Assembly (NCBI GenBank): GCA_963702435.1
Contig: CAVPCR010000001.1
Coordinates: forward strand, 1,280,001 to 1,344,000
Source: Candidatus Eiseniibacteriota bacterium
GTDB taxonomy: Bacteria > Eisenbacteria > RBG-16-71-46 > CAVPCR01
Direction of reading: 5' to 3'
Length of the DNA stretch: 64,000 nt
The translations under genes were made by a program, and so were the position numbers. Positions within the stretch are counted from its first letter, which is position 1, and the number at the start of each line of letters is the position of its first letter. A model generated the notes under the pieces. That model was not told the origin of the DNA. It made no database searches and saw only the letters and a list, made by a program, of their open reading frames with translations. Below are positions 1 to 8,380 of the stretch, one piece after another.

Positions 1-1
1 T

Positions 2-205
2 GAGGGCGCGAGCGGCAAGGTCGACGCCCTCGTCGGCGACCTGGCCGTCCCGCCCGCGGCGATCGCTCCCGGCGCGGTCGGCCGCGTCGAGATGCGCGGC
101 GCAGCGTGGAGCGCGCGAAACGTCGGGCCGGCGGCGGTCGCGGCCGGCCAGCGCTGCCGCGTCGTCGCCGTCGACGGGCTTCTCCTCGAAATCCGCCCCG
201 AGTGA
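2..205 (+). CDS. NfeD-family protein, C-terminal OB-fold part (5' truncated by window edge)
   Basis: Frame 2 reads EGASGKVDALVGDLAVPPAAIAPGAVGRVEMRGAAWSARNVG...RCRVVAVDGLLLEIRPE*. The G-x-V-x-x-x-G-x-x-W-x-A and V-V-x-V-D-G-L-x-L patterns are NfeD-like, and the gene lies directly upstream of an SPFH gene. Confidence 0.85.
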   Translation, partial: EGASGKVDALVGDLAVPPAAIAPGAVGRVEMRGAAWSARNVGPAAVAAGQRCRVVAVDGLLLEIRPE

Positions 206-232
206 AGCTCGGGCAGCGTGAGGTGCATGACC

Positions 233-1174
233 ATGACCGGTGGATTGCTCGTCGTCCTCCTTCTCGCCGGGATCGCCCTGATCACGATCGCGCGGACCGC
301 GATCGTCGTGCCGCAACAGAGCGCCTACGTCGTCGAGCGGCTCGGCCGCTACTACGCCACCCTGAACGCCGGCTTCCACATCCTCCTCCCGTTCATCGAC
401 ATCATCCGTTACCGCCACTCGCTCAAGGAGCAGGCGATCGACATCCCGGCCCAGATCTGCATCACCCGCGACAACGTGCAGGTCGAGGTGGATGGGGTCC
501 TCTATCTCAAGGTCCTGAATCCCGAGCGCGCCTCTTACGGCATCACCAACCACATCTTCGCCATCACCCAGCTCGCGCAGACGACCTTGCGCAGCGAGAT
601 GGGCAAGATTGACCTCGATCGCACCTTCGAGGAGCGCACCAACGTGAACGTCCAGGTGGTGAGCGAGCTCGACAAAGCCTCCGAGCCGTGGGGGGTCAAG
701 GTGCTCCGCTACGAGATCAAGAACATCACGCCACCGCGCGACGTGCTCGCCGCCATGGAGAAGCAGATGCGCGCCGAGCGGGAGAAGCGCGCGGTCATCC
801 TGACCTCGGAGGGCCAGCGTGACGCCGCCATCAACACGGCGGAGGGCCAGAAGCAGCAGGTGATCAAGGCCTCGGAGGCGACCAAGCAGCAGCAGATCAA
901 CGAGGCCGAGGGCCGCGCCGCCGCCATCCTCGCCATCGCCACCGCCACGGCCGAAGGGATCCGCCAGGTCGCCGAGTCCATCAACAACAAGGGCGGGTTC
1001 GAGGCCGTGCAGCTCCGCGTCGCGGAGCAGTACATCACCCAGTTCGGGGAGCTGGCCAAGTCGAGCAACACGCTCGTCCTCCCCGCCAACGCCGCCGATG
1101 TCGGCTCGATGATCGCGCTCGCCATGAACGTGATCAGGACGCAGGGCGGACCGGTCTCGAGCGCGCAATCGTGA
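233..1174 (+). CDS. SPFH/band 7 stomatin-like (QmcA/paraslipin) membrane protein
   Basis: N-terminal TM helix, VVERLGRY, QICITRDNV, LRSEMGKIDLDRTFEER, MEKQMRAEREKRA. GAGGTG lies 7 nt before ATG 233. Confidence 0.93.
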   Translation: MTGGLLVVLLLAGIALITIARTAIVVPQQSAYVVERLGRYYATLNAGFHILLPFIDIIRYRHSLKEQAIDIPAQICITRDNVQVEVDGVLYLKVLNPERASYGITNHIFAITQLAQTTLRSEMGKIDLDRTFEERTNVNVQVVSELDKASEPWGVKVLRYEIKNITPPRDVLAAMEKQMRAEREKRAVILTSEGQRDAAINTAEGQKQQVIKASEATKQQQINEAEGRAAAILAIATATAEGIRQVAESINNKGGFEAVQLRVAEQYITQFGELAKSSNTLVLPANAADVGSMIALAMNVIRTQGGPVSSAQS

Positions 1175-2256
1175 GGGTGCCTTTCGCTCTCTCCGCCCTG
1201 GCGCTGGTCGCGGCGTTCGGCGCCGCTACACCCGCCGGCGCCACGTTCTCGATCGTGGCCCGCGATTCGGTCACCGGAGAGCTCGGCGTCGCCGTCGAGT
1301 CGCGCGCGTTCTCGGTCGGCTCCGCCGTGCCGTGGGCCGCGCCCGGCGCCGGCGCCATCGCCACCCAGGCACAGACCAACGAGTCGTTCGGGCCGAACGG
1401 GCTCGCGCTGCTGGCCGCCGGGCTCGATGCGCGCGCGGCGCTCGACACGCTGCTCGCGCGCGACCCGGAGCGCGCGCACCGCCAGCTCGCGATCGTGGAC
1501 GCGCGCGGGCGTGTGGCGGCGCACACCGGAGCGAGCTGCAGCGACTGGGCGGGAGCGCGCGCGGGCGCCGGCTACTCCTGCCAGGGGAACATCCTCGCCG
1601 GAGCCGCCGTGGTCGAGGCGATGGCGCACGCCTACGAGACGACGGAGGGCGAGCTCGCTCGGCGCCTCCTGGCCGCTCTCGTCGCCGGGCAGGACGCGGG
1701 CGGCGACAAGCGCGGGAAGCAGTCAGCGGCGATCCTCGTCGTTCGCCCGAGCGAGCGCTACCCGGAGTACCGGAGCCGCTATGTGGATCTCCGGGTCGAG
1801 GATCATCCCGACCCGATCACCGAGCTTGTTCGCGTCTACGAGATCCACGAGGCTGGCGATCTCGTACGCGCCCACCTTCGCTACGCCGAGGAGTACGCGG
1901 CCCGCGGCGATTCGGGCCTCGCACGGCGCGAGGAGGAGCGGGTCGGAGAGACGCTCGAGCGGGTGCTCGCCCGCGGCTCGCGCGACGCGAGCCTTCTGAA
2001 CGGGCTCGCCTGGTTCACGGCGCTTGCCGGCGTGCATCTCGACGAGGCGCTGGCCGCGGCCGAGCGCGCCGCCGAGGTGGAGCCAAAGAACCCCGAGATC
2101 CTCGACACGCTCGCCGAGGTGCACTTCCGCCGGGGCGAGACGGCGGCGGCGATTGCCGCCGGCGAGCGCGCGCTCGCGCTCGATCCCGAGTCGACCTACT
2201 ACAAGGAGCAGCTCGCCCGCTTCCGGGCGGCGAGCGGCGGGAAGCAACAGGACTAG
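1171..2256 (+). CDS. DUF1028 (Ntn-hydrolase-like) secreted protein with C-terminal TPRs
   Basis: Signal peptide then TFSIVARD, GAIATQA, QGNILAG, GGDKRGKQSAA, VDLRVEDHPDP. TPR-like LNGLAW...ILDTLAEVHF. GTGA overlap with the SPFH stop. Confidence 0.9.
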   Translation: MRVPFALSALALVAAFGAATPAGATFSIVARDSVTGELGVAVESRAFSVGSAVPWAAPGAGAIATQAQTNESFGPNGLALLAAGLDARAALDTLLARDPERAHRQLAIVDARGRVAAHTGASCSDWAGARAGAGYSCQGNILAGAAVVEAMAHAYETTEGELARRLLAALVAGQDAGGDKRGKQSAAILVVRPSERYPEYRSRYVDLRVEDHPDPITELVRVYEIHEAGDLVRAHLRYAEEYAARGDSGLARREEERVGETLERVLARGSRDASLLNGLAWFTALAGVHLDEALAAAERAAEVEPKNPEILDTLAEVHFRRGETAAAIAAGERALALDPESTYYKEQLARFRAASGGKQQD

Positions 2257-2267
2257 AGGAGCCGGAG

Positions 2268-2735
2268 ATGGACTTGCGCGACGTGCTCATGATGAACTTC
2301 CACACCAACCACTGGGTGCTCTCGAAGCACGCCGCGGGGATAAGCCAGGAGCAGAGCGTCGCCCGGTCGGATGAGGGCGGCAACTCGTTCAACTGGGTGC
2401 TGGGGCACATCGTGGCGAGCCGGAACGACATCTTCGCGCTGCTCGGCGAACCGCCCGTGTGGAACGAGGCGGATGCGGCACCCTACGTGCGCGGATCGCA
2501 CGAGCTCGATCCGGCGGCGGCGCGACCGCTAACGGCGATCCTCGCCGATCTCGATCGCTCCCAGGAGCAGCTCACGGCTCGCCTCGAGCGGCTGACTGCC
2601 GCCGAGCTCGCCACCGTGCGGGGCGACTCGACGATCGGCAAGCAGCTCGCCTTCCTCCAGTTCCACGAGACCTACCACGTCGGGCAGACGGGGCTCCTGC
2701 GGCGGCTCGCGGGGAAAGAGGGGGTCATCCGCTAG
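2268..2735 (+). CDS. DinB/YfiT-family metal/thiol-binding protein
   Basis: MDLRD start after GAGGAG/GGAG. GNSFNWVLGHI and FHETYHVGQ supply the His triad. Confidence 0.85.
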   Translation: MDLRDVLMMNFHTNHWVLSKHAAGISQEQSVARSDEGGNSFNWVLGHIVASRNDIFALLGEPPVWNEADAAPYVRGSHELDPAAARPLTAILADLDRSQEQLTARLERLTAAELATVRGDSTIGKQLAFLQFHETYHVGQTGLLRRLAGKEGVIR

Positions 2736-3262
2736 GGTCCGCCGGCGCGCACGCCACGCAGGCTCGCCACCCAGTCGCGGAGCGACGCCGGCCCCGAGTC
2801 GAAGGCAACCTCGGCCGGAAGCTCCGCGGGAGCGAACCAGCGGACCTCCTCCGCGTCGTCCCCCGGCTCTTCCTCGCCGCCGATCACCTCGGCCAGATAG
2901 ATGAGGTCGAGCGTGCGCTGCTCGTCCGACCCGTAACGGCTCACGTACACGCCGAGCAGTCGTGTCAGGCGGATGTCGAGACCCGTCTCCTCCTTGATCT
3001 CCCGCCGCGCAGCGTGCTCCGGATGCTCGCCGTACTCGAGATAGCCCCCCGGCACGTCCCACCAGCCGAGATAGGGCTCGCGGTTCCGCTTGACGAGAAG
3101 GACGCGCCCCTCGCGGATCACGAGCGCTCCCGCGCATGGCTTCGCGTTGCGATAGGCGACGTAGCCGCAGGCCGGGCAGGCGGGGTGCTCCTCGTGCTCG
3201 CCCGCGGCGCGGCGCGGGGCGAGCGGCTTCCCGCAATACGGGCAGAAGCGGAAAGGCTTCAT
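2732..3262 (-). CDS. Nudix hydrolase with N-terminal zinc ribbon
   Basis: FCPYCG...CPACG ribbon and Nudix box PGGYLEYGEHPEHAARREIKEETGL. Confidence 0.92.
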   Translation of the reverse strand: MKPFRFCPYCGKPLAPRRAAGEHEEHPACPACGYVAYRNAKPCAGALVIREGRVLLVKRNREPYLGWWDVPGGYLEYGEHPEHAARREIKEETGLDIRLTRLLGVYVSRYGSDEQRTLDLIYLAEVIGGEEEPGDDAEEVRWFAPAELPAEVAFDSGPASLRDWVASLRGVRAGGP

Positions 3263-3264
3263 GG

Positions 3265-3273
3265 TGCTATCCT
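3265..3273 (+). promoter_or_regulatory. Extended -10 element (TGcTATCCT), probable leaderless promoter of the creatininase-family gene
   Basis: TGnTAnnnT ends 6 nt before ATG 3280, with no SD. It sits in a 17 bp gap between divergent start codons. Confidence 0.55.
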
Positions 3274-3279
3274 CTCTCC

Positions 3280-4050
3280 ATGGCACGTCTCCGCGAACTC
3301 ACCTGGCCCGCAGCGCGCACCGCGCTCGAGAACAAGGTCGTCGTCTTCCCGGTCGGCTCGGTCGAGCAACACGGCCGTCATCTCCCCCTCGCCACCGATC
3401 ACGTGACCGCGGAAGCGATCGCGCTCGGCGCCGAGGCGTTACACGATCTCGTCGTCGCCCCCACGCTCCCCTACGGCATCTCGCCGCACCACCGCCAGTT
3501 CTTCGGCACGTGCACACTCCGGAGCGAGGTCTTCCGCGACGTCATCCTCGATATCGCCCGCTCGCTCCAGAGCCACGGCACGACCAGGCTCGTGGTCGTG
3601 AACGGGCACGGCGGCAACTCGGCGGCCCTGGCCGAGGCAGCGCAGGCGCTCCGCGCGGAGGGGCTCGCCTGCGTCCTCTTCGACTGGTGGCGGGGCCTCG
3701 ACGACGCGCTCTACAAGGAGCTCCTCGGCGAAAAGGCGGCGTCGATCATCGGGCACGCCTGTGCGATGGAGACCTCGGTCGCCCTCCACCTCTTTCCCGA
3801 GTGGGTGAAGCTCGAGGCCGCGGTCGACGTGCCGCACGGCTGGGCGGAGATGGTGCACGGCGGGCAGGTACGCTTCGACACGATCGACTTCAGCGAACAC
3901 GGGAACATCGGCTACCCGACGCTCGCCCGCCGCGAGGCCGGCGAGGTGATGATCGCGCGCGCGGTCGCGAACCTCGTCGCGCTCGTCAAGTGGCTCGAGG
4001 CGCAACCGCTCGGCGAGCTCCTCGCCCGCCCGCATCTACCTGGAAGTTAG
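3280..4050 (+). CDS. Creatininase/creatinine amidohydrolase family protein
   Basis: PVGSVEQHGRHLPLATD, VNGHGGN and GHA..METS motifs. Confidence 0.92.
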   Translation: MARLRELTWPAARTALENKVVVFPVGSVEQHGRHLPLATDHVTAEAIALGAEALHDLVVAPTLPYGISPHHRQFFGTCTLRSEVFRDVILDIARSLQSHGTTRLVVVNGHGGNSAALAEAAQALRAEGLACVLFDWWRGLDDALYKELLGEKAASIIGHACAMETSVALHLFPEWVKLEAAVDVPHGWAEMVHGGQVRFDTIDFSEHGNIGYPTLARREAGEVMIARAVANLVALVKWLEAQPLGELLARPHLPGS

Positions 4051-4490
4051 GCCGGCGCGGGGGCGTCCTTCGCGGGGGCGTCCTTGGCCGGCCCCGGTGC
4101 CGCATCCGCCTTCGGCTCTTCCGCCTTCGACCTGGGTGACGGCAGGACCGGCTTCAAGCCCGCCGTCACCGCCGCCGCGTACTCGCCGCCGCCCACCTTC
4201 GCGGCGACCGCCCCGATCTTCGCCCGGAAGTGGTTGTAGACGAGATCCGACCTTCCGCTCACGAGCGGGGGATCGAAGACCGTGCCGCTCTTCCGGTCGA
4301 GGCCATCCTTGAGTTCGCCGATGAGATCCTCGGCCAGGAGGCCCAGCACGGGAGCGGCGACCGGGCCCGTTGCCGGCAGCCGTGCGGCCAGGAAACGCGC
4401 ATAGACCACGAAGTCCCAGGTCGGCTCCGGGACGGCGGGTCTCACATTCTGCAACAGGCTGCGCAGATCGCCGGTGTTCACTGCTGTCAT
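4047..4490 (-). CDS. Hypothetical protein with Pro/Ala/Lys-rich tail
   Basis: Globular-looking composition, AGAGAGG upstream, PAKDA repeats at the C-terminus, co-oriented with 4514-4939. Confidence 0.65.
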   Translation of the reverse strand: MTAVNTGDLRSLLQNVRPAVPEPTWDFVVYARFLAARLPATGPVAAPVLGLLAEDLIGELKDGLDRKSGTVFDPPLVSGRSDLVYNHFRAKIGAVAAKVGGGEYAAAVTAGLKPVLPSPRSKAEEPKADAAPGPAKDAPAKDAPAPA

Positions 4491-4513
4491 GGACCGCATC
4501 CTCTCTGGCCGCG

Positions 4514-4939
4514 CTAGGGCGCGATGAACATCCCGTTCTGCTTCCCGATCTTGCCGAGTCCCTTCATGCGGCTCAGGGTGCTCGACAGATTCTGCTTCGA
4601 GATCTGTCGGGTCTTGAGCAACGCCTCGTGCAGATCATCGAGGCTCGCGCCGTGCGGTCCCGCCGCATGCAGAAGCGACATGATGTCGGCAGGCAGACTT
4701 CTCCCGCGCTGCCGGCCGGCCACCTTCACAGCCGGTCGCGATTCGGCATAGCGCGCGATCAGGGCCGTGACCTCGACGTCCTCCTGCTCCATCGAGCGCG
4801 AGACCTCGGTCAGGCGCTCGAGCTGGCGCTGCTTCTTCTCGAGAAGCTGGGGAATGCTCTCTGCCAATCGCCTGAGGTTGGCAATGTCCTCGGAGAGCTG
4901 GCGCTTGATGCTCTCCAGGTCCTGGAGATAACGACTCAT
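4514..4939 (-). CDS. Hypothetical coiled-coil plus winged-helix-like putative DNA-binding protein
   Basis: N-terminal heptad pattern, basic linker, then IMSLLHAAGPHGASLDDLHEALL...KQNLSSTLSRMKGLGKIGKQNGMF, a wHTH-like pattern. Confidence 0.7.
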   Translation of the reverse strand: MSRYLQDLESIKRQLSEDIANLRRLAESIPQLLEKKQRQLERLTEVSRSMEQEDVEVTALIARYAESRPAVKVAGRQRGRSLPADIMSLLHAAGPHGASLDDLHEALLKTRQISKQNLSSTLSRMKGLGKIGKQNGMFIAP

Positions 4940-5329
4940 GTTCTGTCTCTCTGGATTGTACTTGCCTCGGGGTCGCTTGCGGTCGCTTGCCTTCGCAAGG
5001 GGCCGAGCGGTTCATCAAGCATGTGGGGCGTGGCCGCGGCTTCTGCAAGGCCGGCCGCATGCTCAACCGCGCCATGGTAGCATCGGTGCAATGCTGCCGC
5101 AATGGCCGGCGTCCCCGGGTGCGGCACCCGGCGGCCGCCGCCGGGGCGGCCGGCGCGACGGCCCGGGCCACGAACAGGCACCCTCGCCGAGCCGGCCGCG
5201 ACTGAACGTGATAGGATGACGCACCGGATCGGGCTGGTTGCCTGGTCCGTCGTTGTCCTGTTCCGATAGGCGATCCGCCGCCGTCCGGTCCACCGTCCGG
5301 CGCGAGCCTCTCACCCTGGGAGCCTCTTG

Positions 5330-5692
5330 ATGGACAGTCAGCCATTCACGGCCGACAAGCGCACCGATCCCGATAACAAGGTGATCATCTACTCGGCCCA
5401 CGGGCAGTTGAACGGGCGGGACGCCTGCTTCGACTGGCTCGAGCAGGTGCGGAAGGACATCCAGGCTGGTCAGAAGTCCGTCGTGATCGACCTTGGCGAC
5501 GTGTCGCGCGTCGACTCGACCGGCATCGGCATCATCGCCGCCGCACACGTCTCGGCCACCAACGGCGGCGGCAAGGTGTGCCTGACCGGACTGAGCAAGC
5601 CCCTGTGGACGCTGTTCGAGAGCACGTGGCTGCTCCGGGTCATCCCGCACGCCGAGAAGGAAGCGGACGCCGTCCGCATCGCCACGAGCTGA
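5330..5692 (+). CDS. STAS-domain anti-sigma factor antagonist
   Basis: VVIDLGDVSRVDSTGIG phospho-Ser motif, GGAG upstream, TGaTAGGAT -10-like element near 5209. Confidence 0.88.
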   Translation: MDSQPFTADKRTDPDNKVIIYSAHGQLNGRDACFDWLEQVRKDIQAGQKSVVIDLGDVSRVDSTGIGIIAAAHVSATNGGGKVCLTGLSKPLWTLFESTWLLRVIPHAEKEADAVRIATS

Positions 5693-5750
5693 CGCTCGCC
5701 GGGCGCCACGAGCTGACGCGGCCGGGCGCCGCGAGCTGACGCGGCCAGGC
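5681..5750 (+). repeat. Three tandem 23-24 bp repeats containing the STAS stop codon
   Basis: GCC(A/G)CGAGCTGACGC..GCC(G/A)GGC units start at 5681, 5705 and 5728. Confidence 0.85.
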
Positions 5751-5757
5751 GCCGCGC

Positions 5758-6285
5758 CTAGCGCCGATCCGCTGACTCGCCGGTCACGGCGAGGATCTCG
5801 CCGAAGTACGCCCGGTGGTAATCGCGCGCCGGGTAGTTCTCCTCGATCGCCGGATCGAGGAAGTGGGTCGGATCGATGTCGTGCCAGTAGAGCTTCCGGC
5901 ACTCGACGACGAGATCGGCCTCGGCGAAACACGGGGCGGCGACGCGGGTCGACGCCATCGGCGTGAGCCCGGCCTCGACGATCTTGTCCCCGTCCCGCCC
6001 CGACTTGGTGCCGAGGAAGCGGAGCGTCTCGCGGTAGGACGGCGGGAACGCCGATAGCGTGAACGTGGCGTGGCGCTCCATGAAGCCGAAGGTGTGGCGC
6101 GTCGGGCGGACCACCACCTGGGCGAAGGGCCAGTTCCAGATGGTGCCGAAGCTGCCCCAGGACACGGTCATCGTGTTGAAATCGCGCTTGGCGAAGTCGC
6201 CGGCAGTCAGCAGGAACCAGCCGTCGTTCCAGATGTGGAACGAGCGCACCAGCAGCTGGGTGATGGGAATCACTTTTCTCACCAT
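5758..6285 (-). CDS. Flavin reductase-like (FMN-binding split barrel) protein
   Basis: FLLTAG, NTMTVSWG, VRPTRHT, GTKSGRDGDK, ECRKLY and DYH motifs. Confidence 0.88.
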   Translation of the reverse strand: MVRKVIPITQLLVRSFHIWNDGWFLLTAGDFAKRDFNTMTVSWGSFGTIWNWPFAQVVVRPTRHTFGFMERHATFTLSAFPPSYRETLRFLGTKSGRDGDKIVEAGLTPMASTRVAAPCFAEADLVVECRKLYWHDIDPTHFLDPAIEENYPARDYHRAYFGEILAVTGESADRR

Positions 6286-6321
6286 GACTCGGACCCCTCC
6301 TGCACGCGCGACCCGGCCCGC

Positions 6322-6668
6322 TCAGCGGGCGGTGGCGTGGCCGTTCAGGTAGTTCCGCACCCGATCGCCCTCGCGCTCGCGAAGCTCGGCGCAGCTCGTG
6401 ACCGACTCGGCCACCTTGGCGAGCGTCACCGCGGCGCCGGGAACCGCGGGTGCGGGCTCCGCGAAGAAGACTCGCGCCCGGGCCAGGCGTTCCGTTGAGC
6501 AACCGCCGGCCGCGCACGGCATCATGGCGGCAAACTCGGGCGGGAAGCGGCTCGTGATCGCGTCGTAGTTCCGTTCCATCCAGGCGTAGTTCAGATCCTC
6601 GAGGGGCGGATAGCTCCCCACGGCCATCGGGATGATCACGATCTCCTGCGGGCGCAGCGGCCCGGCGA
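6322..6668 (-). pseudogene. C-terminal fragment resembling the ERAP1-like helical domain of M1 aminopeptidases
   Basis: LAGPLRPQE...YAWMERNYDAITSRFP...GCSTERLARARVFFA...TLAKVAESVTSCAELR. No catalytic HExxH region and no convincing start. Confidence 0.55.
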
Positions 6669-6686
6669 GCGAGATATGGTAGCACC

Positions 6687-8354
6687 ATGCGGGCGTCCCG
6701 TCCCGCGGCGGCACGAACCGAGCAGACCGGACTGGAGAAAACGCTGACCACGCCCCTGACCGTTGCCGAGGCGACCGACTACCGCGCGACCTCGCGCCAC
6801 GCGGATGTCCTGTCCTTCATCGCGGCGCTCGCGCCGCGGGCGCACGGGCTCTCGGTCCAGTCCATGGGCGCGAGCGCGCGCAGCGCGGACATCCCGCTCC
6901 TTGTCCTCTCCGCGGACGGGGCATTCACGCCGGTGGCGGCGGCTGCCGCTGCCGCGGCGAACGGCAGGCCGGTCGTCCTCCTCCTCGCCAACATCCACGC
7001 CGGCGAGGTCGAGGGGAAGGAGTCGGCCCTCAAGCTCGCGCGGGAGATCGGGTGCGGCCCGCTCGGGCATCTCGTCGAGCGGGCGACCCTCCTCATCGTT
7101 CCCGACTACAACCCGGACGGCAACGATCTCATCGATCCCGCGAACCGCGCGCTCGACCTCGCGAAGCTCGAGGGGCAGATCGGGCCCGCAGGCGGCGTCG
7201 GGACCCGCTTGACCGCGCACGGCGTCAACCTGAACCGCGACTACATGAAGCTCGCGGCCGTCGAGTCGCGCCACCTCGCGCGGCTCTACGGCGAGTGGCG
7301 TCCGCATCTCACGATCGACTGCCACACGACGAACGGCTCGATCCACGGCTACCATCTCACCTACGACACGGCGCGGCTCCTCGCCTCGAGCCCGCCCGCG
7401 CCGATCCTCCACGTGCGCGACGTGCTCCTGCCGGAAGTGTCGCGCCGGCTCGTGGCGCGCACCGGATTCCGCACCTTCTTCTACGGGAACTTCCGCGATC
7501 AGGAGAATCCCGAGGCGGGCTGGGAGACGTATCCCGCGCTGCCGCGGTTCGGGAGCCACTACCGCGGCCTCACCGGACGCATGGATATTCTGCTCGAAGC
7601 GTACTCGTACATCCCGTTCCGCGAGCGCTGCACCGTCATGTTCGAGACGCTCGTCGAGATCCTCGGGGTCGTGCGCGAGCGCGGCGACGAGATCGTGTGC
7701 ATCGTGGCGGAGGCGGAGACGGAGACGATCCGGCGCGGGAGCGCGCCCGCGCCCGACGACGTCCTCGGCCTCCGCACTGCCGAGGTGTCGCGCGATCCGG
7801 CGACCGGCGCGGTCACGCTCGCCTACCCGCTCCACCCGGCGGGCGAGGTCGAGATCGTGGCCTGGGATCTCGAATCGCAGCGTGCGCGGCGCGTGCCGGG
7901 GCGGGAGCTCCGCACCTACCGCACCACCTACTACGGGCGGTCCGTCCCGACCAAGCTCGCGCGCCGGCCGTTCGCCTATCTCATCCCGGCAGCGGAGGCG
8001 CGGGTCGCCGAACACCTGACGCTACACGGGATCGTGGTCGAGCGAATCGAGCGCGAGATGACGATCGCCGTCGAGGAGTTCGTGATCGACGCGACCGGGC
8101 AGACGGCAAGCACCGACATCGCGGCCGCGGCCCCGCCGGAGACCCTCTTCTTCGGCCACCTCGAGCGGGCGGAGTACACGGCGAGTCCGGGCGACTTCCT
8201 CGTCCCGATGGGCCAGCGGCTCGCGCACGTCGCCATCTACCTTCTCGAGCCGGAGAGCGACGACGGGCTCGTCGAGTGGGGCTTCTTCCCGGCGCTCGGC
8301 GCGGGCGACGTGTATCCAGTGCGGCGGATCAGCGCCGTCATGCTAGAATTGTGA
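6687..8354 (+). CDS. M14-family zinc carboxypeptidase
   Basis: NIHAGEVEGKE (HxxE), YNPDGN, NLNRD and IDCHTTNG. TATGGT ends 6 nt before the ATG. Confidence 0.9.
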   Translation: MRASRPAAARTEQTGLEKTLTTPLTVAEATDYRATSRHADVLSFIAALAPRAHGLSVQSMGASARSADIPLLVLSADGAFTPVAAAAAAAANGRPVVLLLANIHAGEVEGKESALKLAREIGCGPLGHLVERATLLIVPDYNPDGNDLIDPANRALDLAKLEGQIGPAGGVGTRLTAHGVNLNRDYMKLAAVESRHLARLYGEWRPHLTIDCHTTNGSIHGYHLTYDTARLLASSPPAPILHVRDVLLPEVSRRLVARTGFRTFFYGNFRDQENPEAGWETYPALPRFGSHYRGLTGRMDILLEAYSYIPFRERCTVMFETLVEILGVVRERGDEIVCIVAEAETETIRRGSAPAPDDVLGLRTAEVSRDPATGAVTLAYPLHPAGEVEIVAWDLESQRARRVPGRELRTYRTTYYGRSVPTKLARRPFAYLIPAAEARVAEHLTLHGIVVERIEREMTIAVEEFVIDATGQTASTDIAAAAPPETLFFGHLERAEYTASPGDFLVPMGQRLAHVAIYLLEPESDDGLVEWGFFPALGAGDVYPVRRISAVMLEL

Positions 8355-8380
8355 GGTAGTCCCGGCTGGAGTTCTGCACA

